Assembly (NCBI GenBank): GCA_965224195.1
Contig: OZ245040.1
Coordinates: 64,001 to 128,000, forward strand
Reading direction: 5' to 3'
DNA length: 64,000 bases
From: Nitrosopumilus sp.
Lineage (GTDB): Archaea > Thermoproteota > Nitrososphaeria > Nitrososphaerales > Nitrosopumilaceae
Below the pieces are notes generated by a model. It did no database searches and was not told the origin of the DNA. It worked only from the letters and a program-made list of their open reading frames with translations. Both the position numbers and the translations under genes were made by a program. How positions within the stretch are numbered: position 1 is the stretch's first letter; the number at the start of each line of letters is the position of its first letter. This document shows positions 1-10,393 of this stretch, in pieces.

Positions 1-364
1 TAATTTTAGCTATGGATGATACAACTTGGTCTACAATGTGTTGTGCATCACCTGCATCCAAAATTGCTGCAGCGGCAGAAGTAATATCAATACCTAATGA
101 TTTGCCTAATTCCTCTTTGCTTGGTACAAATGCATATGCTGCACCTTGTTCCTCACATAAAATTGGAAGATGGGCTACTACCTCTGGAGGTTCAACATCT
201 TCAGCGATTACAATTAGTTTACTAGTACCACGTTCAATTGCCTTGGTTGCTTCGTTTGTTCCTTTCTTGACTTTACCGCTAGTAGATGCTACTCTTACGG
301 CCTCTAAAATTGGACTAACGAGTTCTTCTGGCGTCTCAAATTTAACATAATATGATTTTCCCAT
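1..364 (-). CDS. rpl7ae: 50S ribosomal protein L7Ae (3' end runs off the window)
   Basis: Manual translation from ATG at 364: MGKSYYVKFETPEEL...GKVKKGTNEATKAIERG...IAEDVEPPEVVAHLPILCEE; not in the ORF track. Confidence 0.95.
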   Translation of the reverse strand, partial: MGKSYYVKFETPEELVSPILEAVRVASTSGKVKKGTNEATKAIERGTSKLIVIAEDVEPPEVVAHLPILCEEQGAAYAFVPSKEELGKSLGIDITSAAAAILDAGDAQHIVDQVVSSIAKI

Positions 365-426
365 ACTTCGTCACCCTAGGGGTTCATTCTCCATTCTATC
401 CATCGATGAGTTTGGTTTTAAAAGTG

Positions 427-1776
427 TTATCGGGAAATAATAGAATTGACTTTTTCTAGATATTCAGACATCAAAGTATCCAATTTCTCCTGGCTTTCAG
501 CTTCTGCATAAATTCTAACAATTGGTTCAGTCCCACTAGGTCTAATCATTACCCAGTTTTTAGGATCAATTGTAATCTTGATGCCATCAGAAGTATCAGA
601 ATTAGTAAACTCCTCTTTTAGAGAAGAAATTAGTTTTGGAATTTTTTCAGCAGAACATAGTACCTTATCTTTAGTAGTAAAGGACGGAGGTAAATTTGCA
701 ATTTCTTCAGATAGGAGTTTTCCAGAGATTGCCAACAAGTCAAGCATCAAAGCCAATGTCATGCATCCATCTCTTACCTGATTATGTTTACCATACATAA
801 AACCACCATTCTCTTCAAATCCTATCAATGCATCAGTTGGAACCATTTTTCTTGAAACCTCTACACTACCTACTTTAGTTCGAATTACTTTAGAATCAAA
901 CTTTTCAGCTAATACTTCAATGTTAGAGCTAGAATTCAAACAAGTCACAACTAAAGAGTTTGGATTTTTCTTTAGAATATGTTGTGTGAGAACTAGTGCA
1001 GATTTATCACCTGTAAGAATATCACCATTGTTATCACAAAAAATACTTCTATCACCGTCACCATCAAATGCTATTCCTACATCTGCATTATTTTCTCGTA
1101 CTATTTTTGAAAGTTCAGAAAGATTTTGCGGAGTAGGTTCTGATCCACGTCCTGAAAATGTACCATCGATTTTTTGGTTAACAAGAAATGTTTCACAGCC
1201 TAGTAATTCACAAAAATTAGGAGCAGATACTACTTGTGCACCATTACCTAAGTCCAAAACAACTTTGAAATGTTTTGATTCTATTAGTTTAGAATCAACA
1301 TGTGAAATAATTCCTTTAAGATATGTTTCAATTGCTCTATTTTCTGTTCCTGTAATTCCCCATTTAGTAGGCTTCTTTAACCAGTTTTTTTGCAGATAAA
1401 GATCTTCTATAATTAATTCATCTTCACGTGAAATCTCAACTCCATCTTTTGCACAAGGTTTGATTCCATTGTATTGAGGAGGATTGTGTGATGCAGTAAT
1501 CATAAATCCTCCAGAATATCCCAAAGTCTTTACTGCAAATTCAAGACATGGTGTTGGAATGATTCCTGCAACATTACAATCAATTCCAATAGAATTGAAA
1601 GCAGAACTTACTACTTTACAGATAGCAGGACTAGACTCTCGTCCATCATATCCTATCAATACAGGGCCTTTGCCAAAGAATGTTCCAATTGCAAGTGTCA
1701 TATCATGAACGAATTCTAATGTGAAATCTTCAGAAAAGACTCCACGGATTCCATTTGTTCCAAAAAATTTCGCCAC
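427..1776 (-). CDS. Phosphohexomutase (phosphoglucomutase/phosphomannomutase/GlmM family)
   Basis: FGTNGIRG, TASHNP, FDGDGDR, GFEENGG and RPSGTEP motifs. Confidence 0.92.
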   Translation of the reverse strand: MAKFFGTNGIRGVFSEDFTLEFVHDMTLAIGTFFGKGPVLIGYDGRESSPAICKVVSSAFNSIGIDCNVAGIIPTPCLEFAVKTLGYSGGFMITASHNPPQYNGIKPCAKDGVEISREDELIIEDLYLQKNWLKKPTKWGITGTENRAIETYLKGIISHVDSKLIESKHFKVVLDLGNGAQVVSAPNFCELLGCETFLVNQKIDGTFSGRGSEPTPQNLSELSKIVRENNADVGIAFDGDGDRSIFCDNNGDILTGDKSALVLTQHILKKNPNSLVVTCLNSSSNIEVLAEKFDSKVIRTKVGSVEVSRKMVPTDALIGFEENGGFMYGKHNQVRDGCMTLALMLDLLAISGKLLSEEIANLPPSFTTKDKVLCSAEKIPKLISSLKEEFTNSDTSDGIKITIDPKNWVMIRPSGTEPIVRIYAEAESQEKLDTLMSEYLEKVNSIISR

Positions 1777-1823
1777 AATATTCTGTAATAATAGATAAAT
1801 TTGTGTTTAATGGCAAATTCGTT

Positions 1824-1911
1824 GCGGGAGTCGCCCAGCCTGGTCAAAGGCGTAGGGCTTAGGACCCTATATCTTAGGATTTCGTGGGTTCGAATCCCAC
1901 CTCCCGCACCA
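1824..1911 (+). tRNA. tRNA-Leu(TAG), CCA encoded
   Basis: Acceptor GCGGGAG/CTCCCGC, anticodon arm TAGGG-CTTAGGA-CCCTA, long variable arm, TTCGAAT T-loop, ACCA end. Confidence 0.95.
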
Positions 1912-1962
1912 TCTAGATTTCTGTGAATGATTAATAATGAGAAAATCTTCAGCAAACAAGTC

Positions 1963-2805
1963 ATGAAAAAAACAGTGGTTGGAATTACAGTTGTAGGTAA
2001 AGATAGAGAGGGAATTGTAGCTACATTTACAAATTTTGCATTTTCTAAAGGTGGAAATATTGAGAAAGTAAATCAAAATGTAATCAAAGGTCTTTTTGGC
2101 ATGTATCTAGAAGTATCATTTTCAAAAACAATTGATGTAAAGGAATTTGATTTAAGCATTCAAGGTATTGCTAAAAAAGAAAAAATGGATGTAAGTACAC
2201 ATCATGAAACAAATTCGCAAAAAAATATCGCAGTGCTAGTAACTAAAGAATCACTTTGTATTCAAACAATTCTTGCAAACGTAAAATCACTCAAAGGAAA
2301 AATTTCAGTAATCATTGGAACTGAAAAAACATTAGAAACTCTAGCAAAAAAAGCAAAAATCCCATTTGTTTTGATAGAAGATAAAGTGCAAGATAAAGCT
2401 GAAGATAAGATTATTCAAATATGTAAAAAATACAATATTGATTTAATCTCACTTGCAAGATACATGAGAATTCTTAGTCCTAACTTTGTTTGGAGATATC
2501 CAAATAGAATAATTAACATTCATCCATCATTATTACCAGCATTTCCAGGAGCTTCAGCATATGCACAAGCTTTTGAAAGAGGTACAAAGATTGTTGGTGT
2601 TACATCTCATTATGTAACAGAGAACTTGGACCAAGGACCAATTATTTTTCAAGACTCTTTCAAAGTTGATCCAAATGATACATTAGAAAAAATGAAAGTT
2701 AAAGGACAAAAACTGGAAGCAGATACATTAGTAAAAGCAATGAAAATGCATTTAGAAAATAAACTTGAAGTTCGTTGGAGAAAGGTTCACATCAAATCAA
2801 AGTGA
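1963..2805 (+). CDS. purU: Formyltetrahydrofolate deformylase (ACT + formyltransferase domains)
   Basis: N-terminal G-KDREGIVA ACT domain; LARYMRILS, INIHPSLLPAFPGA and LDQGPII motifs; start placed at ATG 1963. Confidence 0.85.
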   Translation: MKKTVVGITVVGKDREGIVATFTNFAFSKGGNIEKVNQNVIKGLFGMYLEVSFSKTIDVKEFDLSIQGIAKKEKMDVSTHHETNSQKNIAVLVTKESLCIQTILANVKSLKGKISVIIGTEKTLETLAKKAKIPFVLIEDKVQDKAEDKIIQICKKYNIDLISLARYMRILSPNFVWRYPNRIINIHPSLLPAFPGASAYAQAFERGTKIVGVTSHYVTENLDQGPIIFQDSFKVDPNDTLEKMKVKGQKLEADTLVKAMKMHLENKLEVRWRKVHIKSK

Positions 2806-2810
2806 ATTAA

Positions 2811-3533
2811 ATGGTAGATATCAAAATACAATTTGATCCTAATTTAAGAAAATCAATATCAAATAAAAAACAAGTAGCAGTTATTCCAATAGGCTCAATG
2901 GAGCAACATGGTGCTCATTTACCGGTATCAACTGATTCGGATATTGTAACTGAAGTTGCAAAAAAGATCTCAGAAAAATATGGATATCTATTACTGCCTA
3001 CACTAAACTATGGAGTGTCATTTGAACATGCACCATTCTTTAACTTGAGTATAAGAGAATCAACTCTACGAATTGTTCTAACTGATTTGTGTACATCATT
3101 ATTATCAAACAATATCAAAACAGTTTTCATAATTAATGGCCATCATGGAAATCTAAAATCAATAAAAAATCTAGACATTAAACTAAAAAAAATCTCAAAA
3201 AATAAACTAAAAGTATTCCCACTATCTTATTGGCATTTTATGAAAAGAGAGTTTGACCACGCAGGGTTTGTAGAGACATCACTAATGTTGGCAATTTCGA
3301 AAAATGTTAAAATGAACTTGGCAAAGAAAGGTCTAAATACTAATGGAATGACAAAACAGGAAATCATCAAACTTGGAAAACTAGCAAATCAATCATTTCC
3401 TAAAGCTACCAAAAACGGAATTTGGGGTGATCCTAGAAAAGCCACAAAGAAAGATGGCCAAGTGATTTTAGATGAAATCATCAAAAATCTTGGAAAAAAG
3501 TGTCAAACTTGCCTTACTGAGCATAGCTCATAG
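2811..3533 (+). CDS. Creatininase family amidohydrolase
   Basis: PIGSMEQHGAHLP, NGHHGN and DHAGFVETS motifs. Confidence 0.88.
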   Translation: MVDIKIQFDPNLRKSISNKKQVAVIPIGSMEQHGAHLPVSTDSDIVTEVAKKISEKYGYLLLPTLNYGVSFEHAPFFNLSIRESTLRIVLTDLCTSLLSNNIKTVFIINGHHGNLKSIKNLDIKLKKISKNKLKVFPLSYWHFMKREFDHAGFVETSLMLAISKNVKMNLAKKGLNTNGMTKQEIIKLGKLANQSFPKATKNGIWGDPRKATKKDGQVILDEIIKNLGKKCQTCLTEHSS

Positions 3534-3588
3534 TTTAACCAATGGAAATTTAATATAACGCCTCGATATCCATGTCAATAAGTGATTA

Positions 3589-3828
3589 TTGATGTCCGTT
3601 GATATGGCAGTAAAAGTATTGGATGAGAGTATCAATCAAGTAGTATTGATAAAACTCAAAGGAAGCAAGACCATTAGAGGTACTCTTTTAGGTTTTGACC
3701 AACACATGAACCTGCTACTCGATTCTTCAGAGGAAATTCCTGCTGAAGGCGATTCTATTAGCCTCGGAAGCATTGTGGTAAGAGGAGATAATGTAGTAAT
3801 GATTTCTCCCCCACCAGCACAACATTAG
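3589..3828 (+). CDS. LSm/Sm-like RNA-binding protein (SmAP)
   Basis: GTLLGFDQHMNLLL and VVRGDNVVMISP; directly upstream of rpl37e as usual in archaea. Confidence 0.93.
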   Translation: MMSVDMAVKVLDESINQVVLIKLKGSKTIRGTLLGFDQHMNLLLDSSEEIPAEGDSISLGSIVVRGDNVVMISPPPAQH

Positions 3829-3838
3829 GTGATTTGCA

Positions 3839-4006
3839 ATGACTAAAGGTACAACTTCTATGGGTGGTTTTACAAAGAAGAAAGTTCACATCAGATGTAG
3901 AAGATGTGGTAAGAACTCACTTCACAAACGTCATCACCAATGTGCAAGTTGTGGATTCCCAGAGGCTAAACGCAGAAAGTATTCCTGGATTAAATGGTAT
4001 ACATAG
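3839..4006 (+). CDS. rpl37e: 50S ribosomal protein L37e
   Basis: Manual translation [55 protein letters not shown]; below the ORF track cutoff. Confidence 0.95.
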   Translation: MTKGTTSMGGFTKKKVHIRCRRCGKNSLHKRHHQCASCGFPEAKRRKYSWIKWYT

Positions 4007-4963
4007 ATGCAAGAAATTGTTCTAATTCTTAGTTCATTAGCAGGTGTTGCTACAGCCGCTGCTGTACATAAAATGCCAAGAGACAAAAATCAATTACTCA
4101 GTCTTGGTGCTAGTTCGCACATCAAAAGTCAAATCAGTTCATTAAAAATAGAAAAAGATATTCTAACTAAAACTATTTCAAGATTATATCAAGCAGAATC
4201 AGAATTTTCTAAAATTCAAAAAGACAAATTGCTACTAAAGTATCAACATCAATTAGGAATAGTACTAGCTAAATTAGAGAAACTTGAACAAACAAGTCAT
4301 CATCCAGACTTGGGTCCAGTAGGGGATGGTTTGATCACATTGATGGATCAAAAATTATCAAAATTAGATGACAGATTGTATGAATTATCATCAAAGATGG
4401 TAAGTGCTAAAGTTGAAACACCAAAAGTAAAAGTTCCCGAAATAAAACAAGAAACAAAACAAAAGGTTTCCAACGTATTCAATTTTGATAAACCAAAAGA
4501 AAGTAAATTAGATCCTATTGTAATTCCTCCAACAAAATCAAGACAGTCATTTGAATTAACAACTCTAACAAACATTTCAAGAGGTGAACCAAAATTCCCT
4601 CGATTCGAAAACAAATCTAAGCAAGTTGTAAAACCAATGCCACAACCAAGAGTTGTTCCAACTGAAGTAATCAAACCAAAAGATGAAATTGTTCAAGAAA
4701 TTATCCAACCAAAACCAAAAGTTGAAGATAAAATTGAGATTATTCAATCAGTAATATCAAAACCTGAGATTAACCTTGGAACTAAACCAGACTTGAACAA
4801 AGAAGTTGCAAAGATTACAGAACATAAAGCACTTCCAGAGCCAACTAAATCAAAACCAGTTACATTAGATGATGACTTTGATGATGATACAGATGATTTA
4901 GATAAAATCAAAGGTGATATCATGAGAGTGTTATCAAAACTAGATCAAGCAGAGGTAGAATAA
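4007..4963 (+). CDS. Hypothetical protein: N-terminal TM, coiled coil, Pro/Lys-rich linker, acidic C-terminus
   Basis: 318 aa ORF abutting rpl37e and rpiA. Confidence 0.7.
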   Translation: MQEIVLILSSLAGVATAAAVHKMPRDKNQLLSLGASSHIKSQISSLKIEKDILTKTISRLYQAESEFSKIQKDKLLLKYQHQLGIVLAKLEKLEQTSHHPDLGPVGDGLITLMDQKLSKLDDRLYELSSKMVSAKVETPKVKVPEIKQETKQKVSNVFNFDKPKESKLDPIVIPPTKSRQSFELTTLTNISRGEPKFPRFENKSKQVVKPMPQPRVVPTEVIKPKDEIVQEIIQPKPKVEDKIEIIQSVISKPEINLGTKPDLNKEVAKITEHKALPEPTKSKPVTLDDDFDDDTDDLDKIKGDIMRVLSKLDQAEVE

Positions 4964-5638
4964 TTGACTTATGATGATGCCATAAAGGCATTATCAAGTG
5001 ATGCATTGAAATTTGTTAAAGACGATTATATTATTGGATTAGGTAGTGGACGAGCAGCCACTTCACTTGTAAAATCACTTTCAAAATTAATCAAACTAAA
5101 AAATTACAATATTGTCGGAGTTCCAACATCATTACAGATCAAATTAATTGCAGAAAAAGGTGGTATTCCACTAGTAGAAGCAGATCAAGTAGAACATATC
5201 GATGTTATATTTGATGGTGCAGATCAAATCGATTCACAAAAACATGTAATCAAAGGCGGAGGTGGTGCACTATTACGAGAAAATATTTTGTTTAATCTTG
5301 CAAAAAAAGTGGTAGTAATGGCAGACAAGACAAAGTTTGTAAAGAATTTTACAAGAACAGTTCCAGTTGAAATTCATCCACTAGCAAGAAACTCTGTTAC
5401 AAAATCAGTTAAAAAACTAGGAGGAGAAGCACAAATTCGCTCACTTGAAAGAGGATATCCATTCTTTACAGAAAATGGAAACATAATTTTAGATTGTGAT
5501 TTTGGAACTATAAAAAATCCCAAAATATTAACTCAAAAAATTAAACAAACTACAGGGGTTTTAGAATCAGGTATATTTCTAAAAAAACCAGATGTTATTT
5601 ACAAAGTCAAAGATAACGGTAAATTTGATATTTTATAG
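4964..5638 (+). CDS. rpiA: Ribose-5-phosphate isomerase A
   Basis: GLGSG, DGADQID, KGGGGALLRE and TENGNIILD motifs. Confidence 0.92.
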   Translation: MTYDDAIKALSSDALKFVKDDYIIGLGSGRAATSLVKSLSKLIKLKNYNIVGVPTSLQIKLIAEKGGIPLVEADQVEHIDVIFDGADQIDSQKHVIKGGGGALLRENILFNLAKKVVVMADKTKFVKNFTRTVPVEIHPLARNSVTKSVKKLGGEAQIRSLERGYPFFTENGNIILDCDFGTIKNPKILTQKIKQTTGVLESGIFLKKPDVIYKVKDNGKFDIL

Positions 5639-5641
5639 AAA

Positions 5642-6535
5642 TTAATGTTCTTGTATAGGATTTTCATGTCTTATTGAATTCATGAAATCTTTATGTTGTA
5701 ACATTAATTCTATCATTTGTTCTCGTAAATCTTCATCATCCATTACAGCATAAAGTATAGGTTCCATCATTTGATTAGACATCATAGCCATATGAGAAGA
5801 ATCTTCAAGCATCATGGAATGCATATCTTTAGTCATTTCAGGATTTATCCACACATGATGAATCATATCCATCATTTTGTTAGAACCAGACATCATCATT
5901 CCATGAGAATTCATAGAATCGTGTTCATCATGAGAACACCAAGTACATTCTGATTGATGCATTCCTTGCCCCATTCCAGAACCCATCATGGGTTGATGTA
6001 TTGAATCCATCCATGCTGAATGTGATTTTAAATAAATTTCCATCTGAGGATGATTTTTCATTGTATGAATCATTTTTTTGCGTAATTCAGGATCACTGGT
6101 CATTGGAGATAACATATTTTTCAGTAATTCAGGATTATTTTTCATTTGTAAAACCCAATCATCCATAATTTCCATCATCATAATAGGATTGTTTTGTATC
6201 ATTTCATGCCAATGAGACATTAAATTCTCATTTGAAGCCATACTGTTCATAAAATTATTCATCATCTCTGGATTTTTATCTATAATTGATTGATTGTGTA
6301 AACCATATCCTCTATCAACTAATTTTAGATATGTAGATGGCATTACACATGCAGGATTACCATTACTTTTTTGGATTAACAAATATCCAGATTTACAAGT
6401 TAACATGTCAATATCTGCAAATTTTTTCCATTGTTGATGAGGAGACATTTGTTGTGCAAAAGAATTCTCAAAGAATGAAGGACTAATGGCAATAGTTAGG
6501 ATCATAACAAATAGAAATACAAACTGAGAATTCAA
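5642..6535 (-). CDS. Secreted Met/His-rich protein, possibly metal (Cu) binding
   Basis: Signal peptide; about 46 Met in 297 aa by hand count, many His, a CTWC motif. Confidence 0.65.
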   Translation of the reverse strand: MNSQFVFLFVMILTIAISPSFFENSFAQQMSPHQQWKKFADIDMLTCKSGYLLIQKSNGNPACVMPSTYLKLVDRGYGLHNQSIIDKNPEMMNNFMNSMASNENLMSHWHEMIQNNPIMMMEIMDDWVLQMKNNPELLKNMLSPMTSDPELRKKMIHTMKNHPQMEIYLKSHSAWMDSIHQPMMGSGMGQGMHQSECTWCSHDEHDSMNSHGMMMSGSNKMMDMIHHVWINPEMTKDMHSMMLEDSSHMAMMSNQMMEPILYAVMDDEDLREQMIELMLQHKDFMNSIRHENPIQEH

Positions 6536-6596
6536 TGGTAAAAATTAGTTTTTTGCTCTTAAAAAGCAATCGTAAAAAACCAAATTTATAAATTAA

Positions 6597-8000
6597 TTAT
6601 TTTGAAAATAAATTAATTTTTCTATCTACTAGTTTACCATGACCAAGTTTTCCAATCACTTCAAAGTTTTCAGCAACTAATTCACCTCTAACAATTGTTT
6701 TCACAGGCCATCCAATTAGATTTCTTCCCTCATATACAATATAATCAGAAAATCCGCCAAACAAATTAGAAGTTACAGTTTTTTCTTTTTTCAAATCAAT
6801 CATTGTTATATCAGCATCAGAATTTTTCTCAATAGTTCCTTTTTGTGGATACATTCCAAAAATTTGAGCAGCATTTTGACTAGTAAATCGAACAAATTGT
6901 TCCAAAGATATTTTCTTTTGATTAACTCCATCATTAAGTAAAATAGGAATTGCTGTGCCTATTCCAGGGAATCCTGCTAGTGCACTCCACACGTTATCTC
7001 CATCTAGTTTGAGTTTGAGTTGATTTGCAACATGATCCGTACCTATAGTATCAATTTGATTATTTGATAATGCATTCCACACTGCTTTGCGATCATCCTC
7101 AGTCCTAATTGGAGGCATTACTTTAGCAAGATACCCAGATTGTTTTTCATAGGATAAAGTCAAGTAATGAGGACAAGTTTCAACAAAAATTTTAGTTCCT
7201 AATTTTTTCTCTTCTTCAATTTGTTTTAGTGCACGTTCAGAACCAATATGAACAAAAAATATCACACAATCATAATCTCTACCAAATTTTGATATTGTCT
7301 TAATAGCTTTTGCTTCAAATTCTGAAGAACGACTAGAAGACCATGCTGATAATCCATCTTGATTTTTTTCTTTTGCAGTTTTAATTCCACATCCACATGA
7401 CTCATAATCTTCTGCATGAACTAGAACAGGACATCCAAGTTCAGCTGCGGCCTTTACAGTTTGCTCAACTAATTCATCAGTTACATTCACTTGAGCTTGA
7501 ACTAGACTAGAAGAATTTGGAGGCATGTCCATGTATACATGGCCGACTTCACCGCCAAGATTCATGTAAATTTTAAAAGATGTAATTCCTTTTTCAATAC
7601 AATAGTTCATCTCGCTAATCTGTTGTGGTGTAAAAATTGAAGCATGTATTGCATAATCAACATAATGATTTTGAGATGCCGTATCAAGTTGTGATTGTAA
7701 AGAATTTGTGAATGGATCACCTAATCGAAGCATTCGCATCATAGTAGTAATTCCACCAATTGCTGCAGCATGAGATTCGGTTTTTGCAGCTTCGTTAATT
7801 GGAGAATAAACTCCATAGTGAACATGTGTGTCAATTGGCCCTGGAACTGAGACTAAACCTGAGCCGTTAATTTTATGATCACATGCAGGTGTATCAGTGG
7901 TAAGCCCTACAATTTTTCCCTCATCTATGAGAATATTTTTCTCAACCATTCCATTTGGGAGGATAACATGTGAGTCAGTGATTATAGTATCATATGTCAT
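6597..8000 (-). CDS. Cyclic amidohydrolase (dihydroorotase/dihydropyrimidinase family)
   Basis: PGPIDTHVH, GGITT, VHAED, ETCPHYL and GTDH motifs. Confidence 0.88.
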   Translation of the reverse strand: MTYDTIITDSHVILPNGMVEKNILIDEGKIVGLTTDTPACDHKINGSGLVSVPGPIDTHVHYGVYSPINEAAKTESHAAAIGGITTMMRMLRLGDPFTNSLQSQLDTASQNHYVDYAIHASIFTPQQISEMNYCIEKGITSFKIYMNLGGEVGHVYMDMPPNSSSLVQAQVNVTDELVEQTVKAAAELGCPVLVHAEDYESCGCGIKTAKEKNQDGLSAWSSSRSSEFEAKAIKTISKFGRDYDCVIFFVHIGSERALKQIEEEKKLGTKIFVETCPHYLTLSYEKQSGYLAKVMPPIRTEDDRKAVWNALSNNQIDTIGTDHVANQLKLKLDGDNVWSALAGFPGIGTAIPILLNDGVNQKKISLEQFVRFTSQNAAQIFGMYPQKGTIEKNSDADITMIDLKKEKTVTSNLFGGFSDYIVYEGRNLIGWPVKTIVRGELVAENFEVIGKLGHGKLVDRKINLFSK

Positions 8001-8075
8001 CTAGGAATTTTACGAAATGCAGGCTATTATGCGTTGAGAAAATGAATAAAAGAACAATACAAAATGGTATTCTGA

Positions 8076-8147
8076 GGGCCGGTGGTTTAGGAGTATAATG
8101 CCTCGTTCGCAACGAGGATGTCGAGGGTGCGATTCCCTCCCGGTCCA
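8076..8147 (+). tRNA. tRNA-Ala(CGC)
   Basis: Acceptor GGGCCGG/CCGGTCC with G3:U70, anticodon arm CCTCG-TTCGCAA-CGAGG, discriminator A. Confidence 0.92.
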
Positions 8148-8191
8148 CTTTTCCAGAAACTATTATACATAAATGAAAAATAGTATTTTTC

Positions 8192-8548
8192 ATGGAAGTT
8201 TTTGACGGTAAAAAAGCAGCTCAAGATTACATGTCAAAGCACACACTAGCATTTTCTACTCCAGAATTAACGCTAATGAGATTTGCATTTTGGATGGGGG
8301 ATTCTGTACCAGATCCAAAAAATGATGGGAAAGGAATCCCAAGAATGATGACATATTTGATTGAACAAGACTTTGAACCAGTATTAATTGATGATGAGAC
8401 ATATGTGCCATCAGGTGCAGTGAAAAGTTCAGCAGTAGTTGGAAATGCATTTAACGAACAAATTCCAGATGGAAACTTTTGTTCTGAATGCGGTAACAGT
8501 TTATCATCTACTGCAAAATTCTGTCCAGAATGTGGAACAACACAATAA
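8192..8548 (+). CDS. Zinc-ribbon domain protein
   Basis: C-terminal FCSECG...AKFCPECG. Confidence 0.75.
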   Translation: MEVFDGKKAAQDYMSKHTLAFSTPELTLMRFAFWMGDSVPDPKNDGKGIPRMMTYLIEQDFEPVLIDDETYVPSGAVKSSAVVGNAFNEQIPDGNFCSECGNSLSSTAKFCPECGTTQ

Positions 8549-8574
8549 GAAAATAATTTTTTAATTTACTAATT

Positions 8575-9108
8575 TTATGCTTTAGCGCCACACTTTGTAC
8601 AAAACTTTGCATTTGTTCTAAGTGCTGCACCACAGGATGAACATCCATTTCCACCTTGTGATGAAATAGTTTGTCTTGGCATTAATGCAGGATCAGGTGT
8701 TGGTAAAGTTCCAGGATCTCCAAATGATTCTTGTGCAGATACAATTCCTGGGGGACCTGCACCTACTGGATTTTCAGCAGTTCCTGATCTTGGTGGTTGT
8801 CCCATTCCACCTGCCATCATTCCAGGTTGTCCCATTCCAGGCATCAATCCTGGAGATTGTGTGCTTCCAGAACCAGAACCTACTGATTTTTTTAATTCAA
8901 AGATTACTTTGATAGCTAGAAATTCTAATGCAGAATATGCAACTGTATAATCACCTAATTTTTGAAAGAATTCTTTGTCACTGAGTTGGCCTTTCTTGTA
9001 CATGTTGTTTGTATCTAGAAATGATTCATAGTATCCTTGAGACTCATCAAACAAATTCTGTAGTTTGTCAAAGAGCATACCGAGGGTATCTACTTCACCA
9101 AATGACAT
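8575..9108 (-). CDS. Zinc-ribbon domain protein with Gly/Pro/Met-rich linker
   Basis: C-terminal CSSCG...AKFCTKCG. Confidence 0.75.
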   Translation of the reverse strand: MSFGEVDTLGMLFDKLQNLFDESQGYYESFLDTNNMYKKGQLSDKEFFQKLGDYTVAYSALEFLAIKVIFELKKSVGSGSGSTQSPGLMPGMGQPGMMAGGMGQPPRSGTAENPVGAGPPGIVSAQESFGDPGTLPTPDPALMPRQTISSQGGNGCSSCGAALRTNAKFCTKCGAKA

Positions 9109-9174
9109 AATTTCAGTTAATTTTTGGAATATTAATTACTTTAGGATCAAAAAAGAGGAAAAATGTATTTAAAT

Positions 9175-9501
9175 TTATTCTAGTGCTCTATCAATCATAC
9201 CTTGGTATGATTCTTTAGATGCTGCACCTACTTGCTGGCTAACTATTTCACCTTTGTTTAAGAGGATTAAAGTTGGAATACTAAAGACATTGTATTTTGA
9301 TGCCAGTTCATTAGCCTCATCAACGTTAACCTTGACAAATTTTACTTTGCCATCATAGTCAGCTGCCAGTTCTTCAACTACTGGACCTACCATTCGACAT
9401 GGGCCACACCATTCGGCCCAAAAGTCTACAAATACAGGGATGTCAGAATTGATTACATCTACTTCCCATGATTTTGCATCTGAAATTTGTGTTACAGGCA
9501 T
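9175..9501 (-). CDS. trxA: Thioredoxin
   Basis: DFWAEWCGPC active site and SIPT cis-Pro loop. Confidence 0.95.
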   Translation of the reverse strand: MPVTQISDAKSWEVDVINSDIPVFVDFWAEWCGPCRMVGPVVEELAADYDGKVKFVKVNVDEANELASKYNVFSIPTLILLNKGEIVSQQVGAASKESYQGMIDRALE

Positions 9502-9616
9502 TCTAAGATTATTTTATTGCACGTACCTAAAAATGTTCACCAGAATTAACACCATATTTTTTGTTGGAAAATTAATTTTGATATATACTTAAATGACGTT
9601 TTGGTAAATCTCAAAT

Positions 9617-10351
9617 ATGAGTTCTGAACTTAGACTTAAAAAATTACGAGGATCTGGAGGCTATATTATGGCTACCGTTACTGATGAACAACAAATGAAA
9701 GGAAATCTAGGCGGTCCTGATCTATTTTTAGCACCAATAGGAAGATTGGATGCGGATAAAATTACTAAACATTTTTGCAACACTTGTGAGAAAGAATTTG
9801 AAGGTCCTCCAAAAATTGAATTTGAAAATCCAAATGAGGAAGTTGCAGAAAATCTAATTCTTGCAGAACGAGGTCAGTACATTTGTAATTCATGTGATGC
9901 TTCAATTGCAGAATATCGAGATTTTAAGAAACAAGATGAAACAGGTGAAGTTGGAGTTGCAAAACCTTTAGAACCTCAAGTTCAAAGTACACAACCAGAG
10001 ACTCCACAACAAACAGCAGAACCTGTGGTAGCTCCAGAACCATCTGCAACACAACCAGGTCCAGCAACTTCAGTTACATCAATTGAAGGAAAACCCGTAT
10101 TTGATGAAAAAGCAAACAAGTTAGGAACTGCAAAACAAGTTGGAATTGATTCTACTCAAGCTATGGTTTTAGTAATTACTAAAGAAGATGGAACAGAAGG
10201 AAGCATTCCTTGGAACAGTATCAAAAAGATTGGTGAAGTAGTTCTTTTAGGAAATCCTGAAGTTGCAATTCAGCCAGGAAAATGTTCTAGCTGTGGATTT
10301 GCAAACAAAGAAGGCTCCAAATTTTGTGAAGACTGCGGTAGCAAAATCTGA
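9617..10351 (+). CDS. Zinc-ribbon/PRC-barrel domain protein
   Basis: CxxC pairs; PRC-barrel-like GKPVFDEKANKLG...IPWNSIKKIGEVVLL; C-terminal zinc ribbon. Confidence 0.7.
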   Translation: MSSELRLKKLRGSGGYIMATVTDEQQMKGNLGGPDLFLAPIGRLDADKITKHFCNTCEKEFEGPPKIEFENPNEEVAENLILAERGQYICNSCDASIAEYRDFKKQDETGEVGVAKPLEPQVQSTQPETPQQTAEPVVAPEPSATQPGPATSVTSIEGKPVFDEKANKLGTAKQVGIDSTQAMVLVITKEDGTEGSIPWNSIKKIGEVVLLGNPEVAIQPGKCSSCGFANKEGSKFCEDCGSKI

Positions 10352-10393
10352 TAACTAGTAAATTTAATCAATGATACTATAAGCGAGATATAA

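Noticed and set aside
12-350. Plus-strand 112-aa ORF and similar shadow ORFs (e.g. 920-1399, 55613-56125, 63460-63903)
   Set aside because: Antisense to well-supported genes (rpl7ae, phosphohexomutase, thrB, sat).
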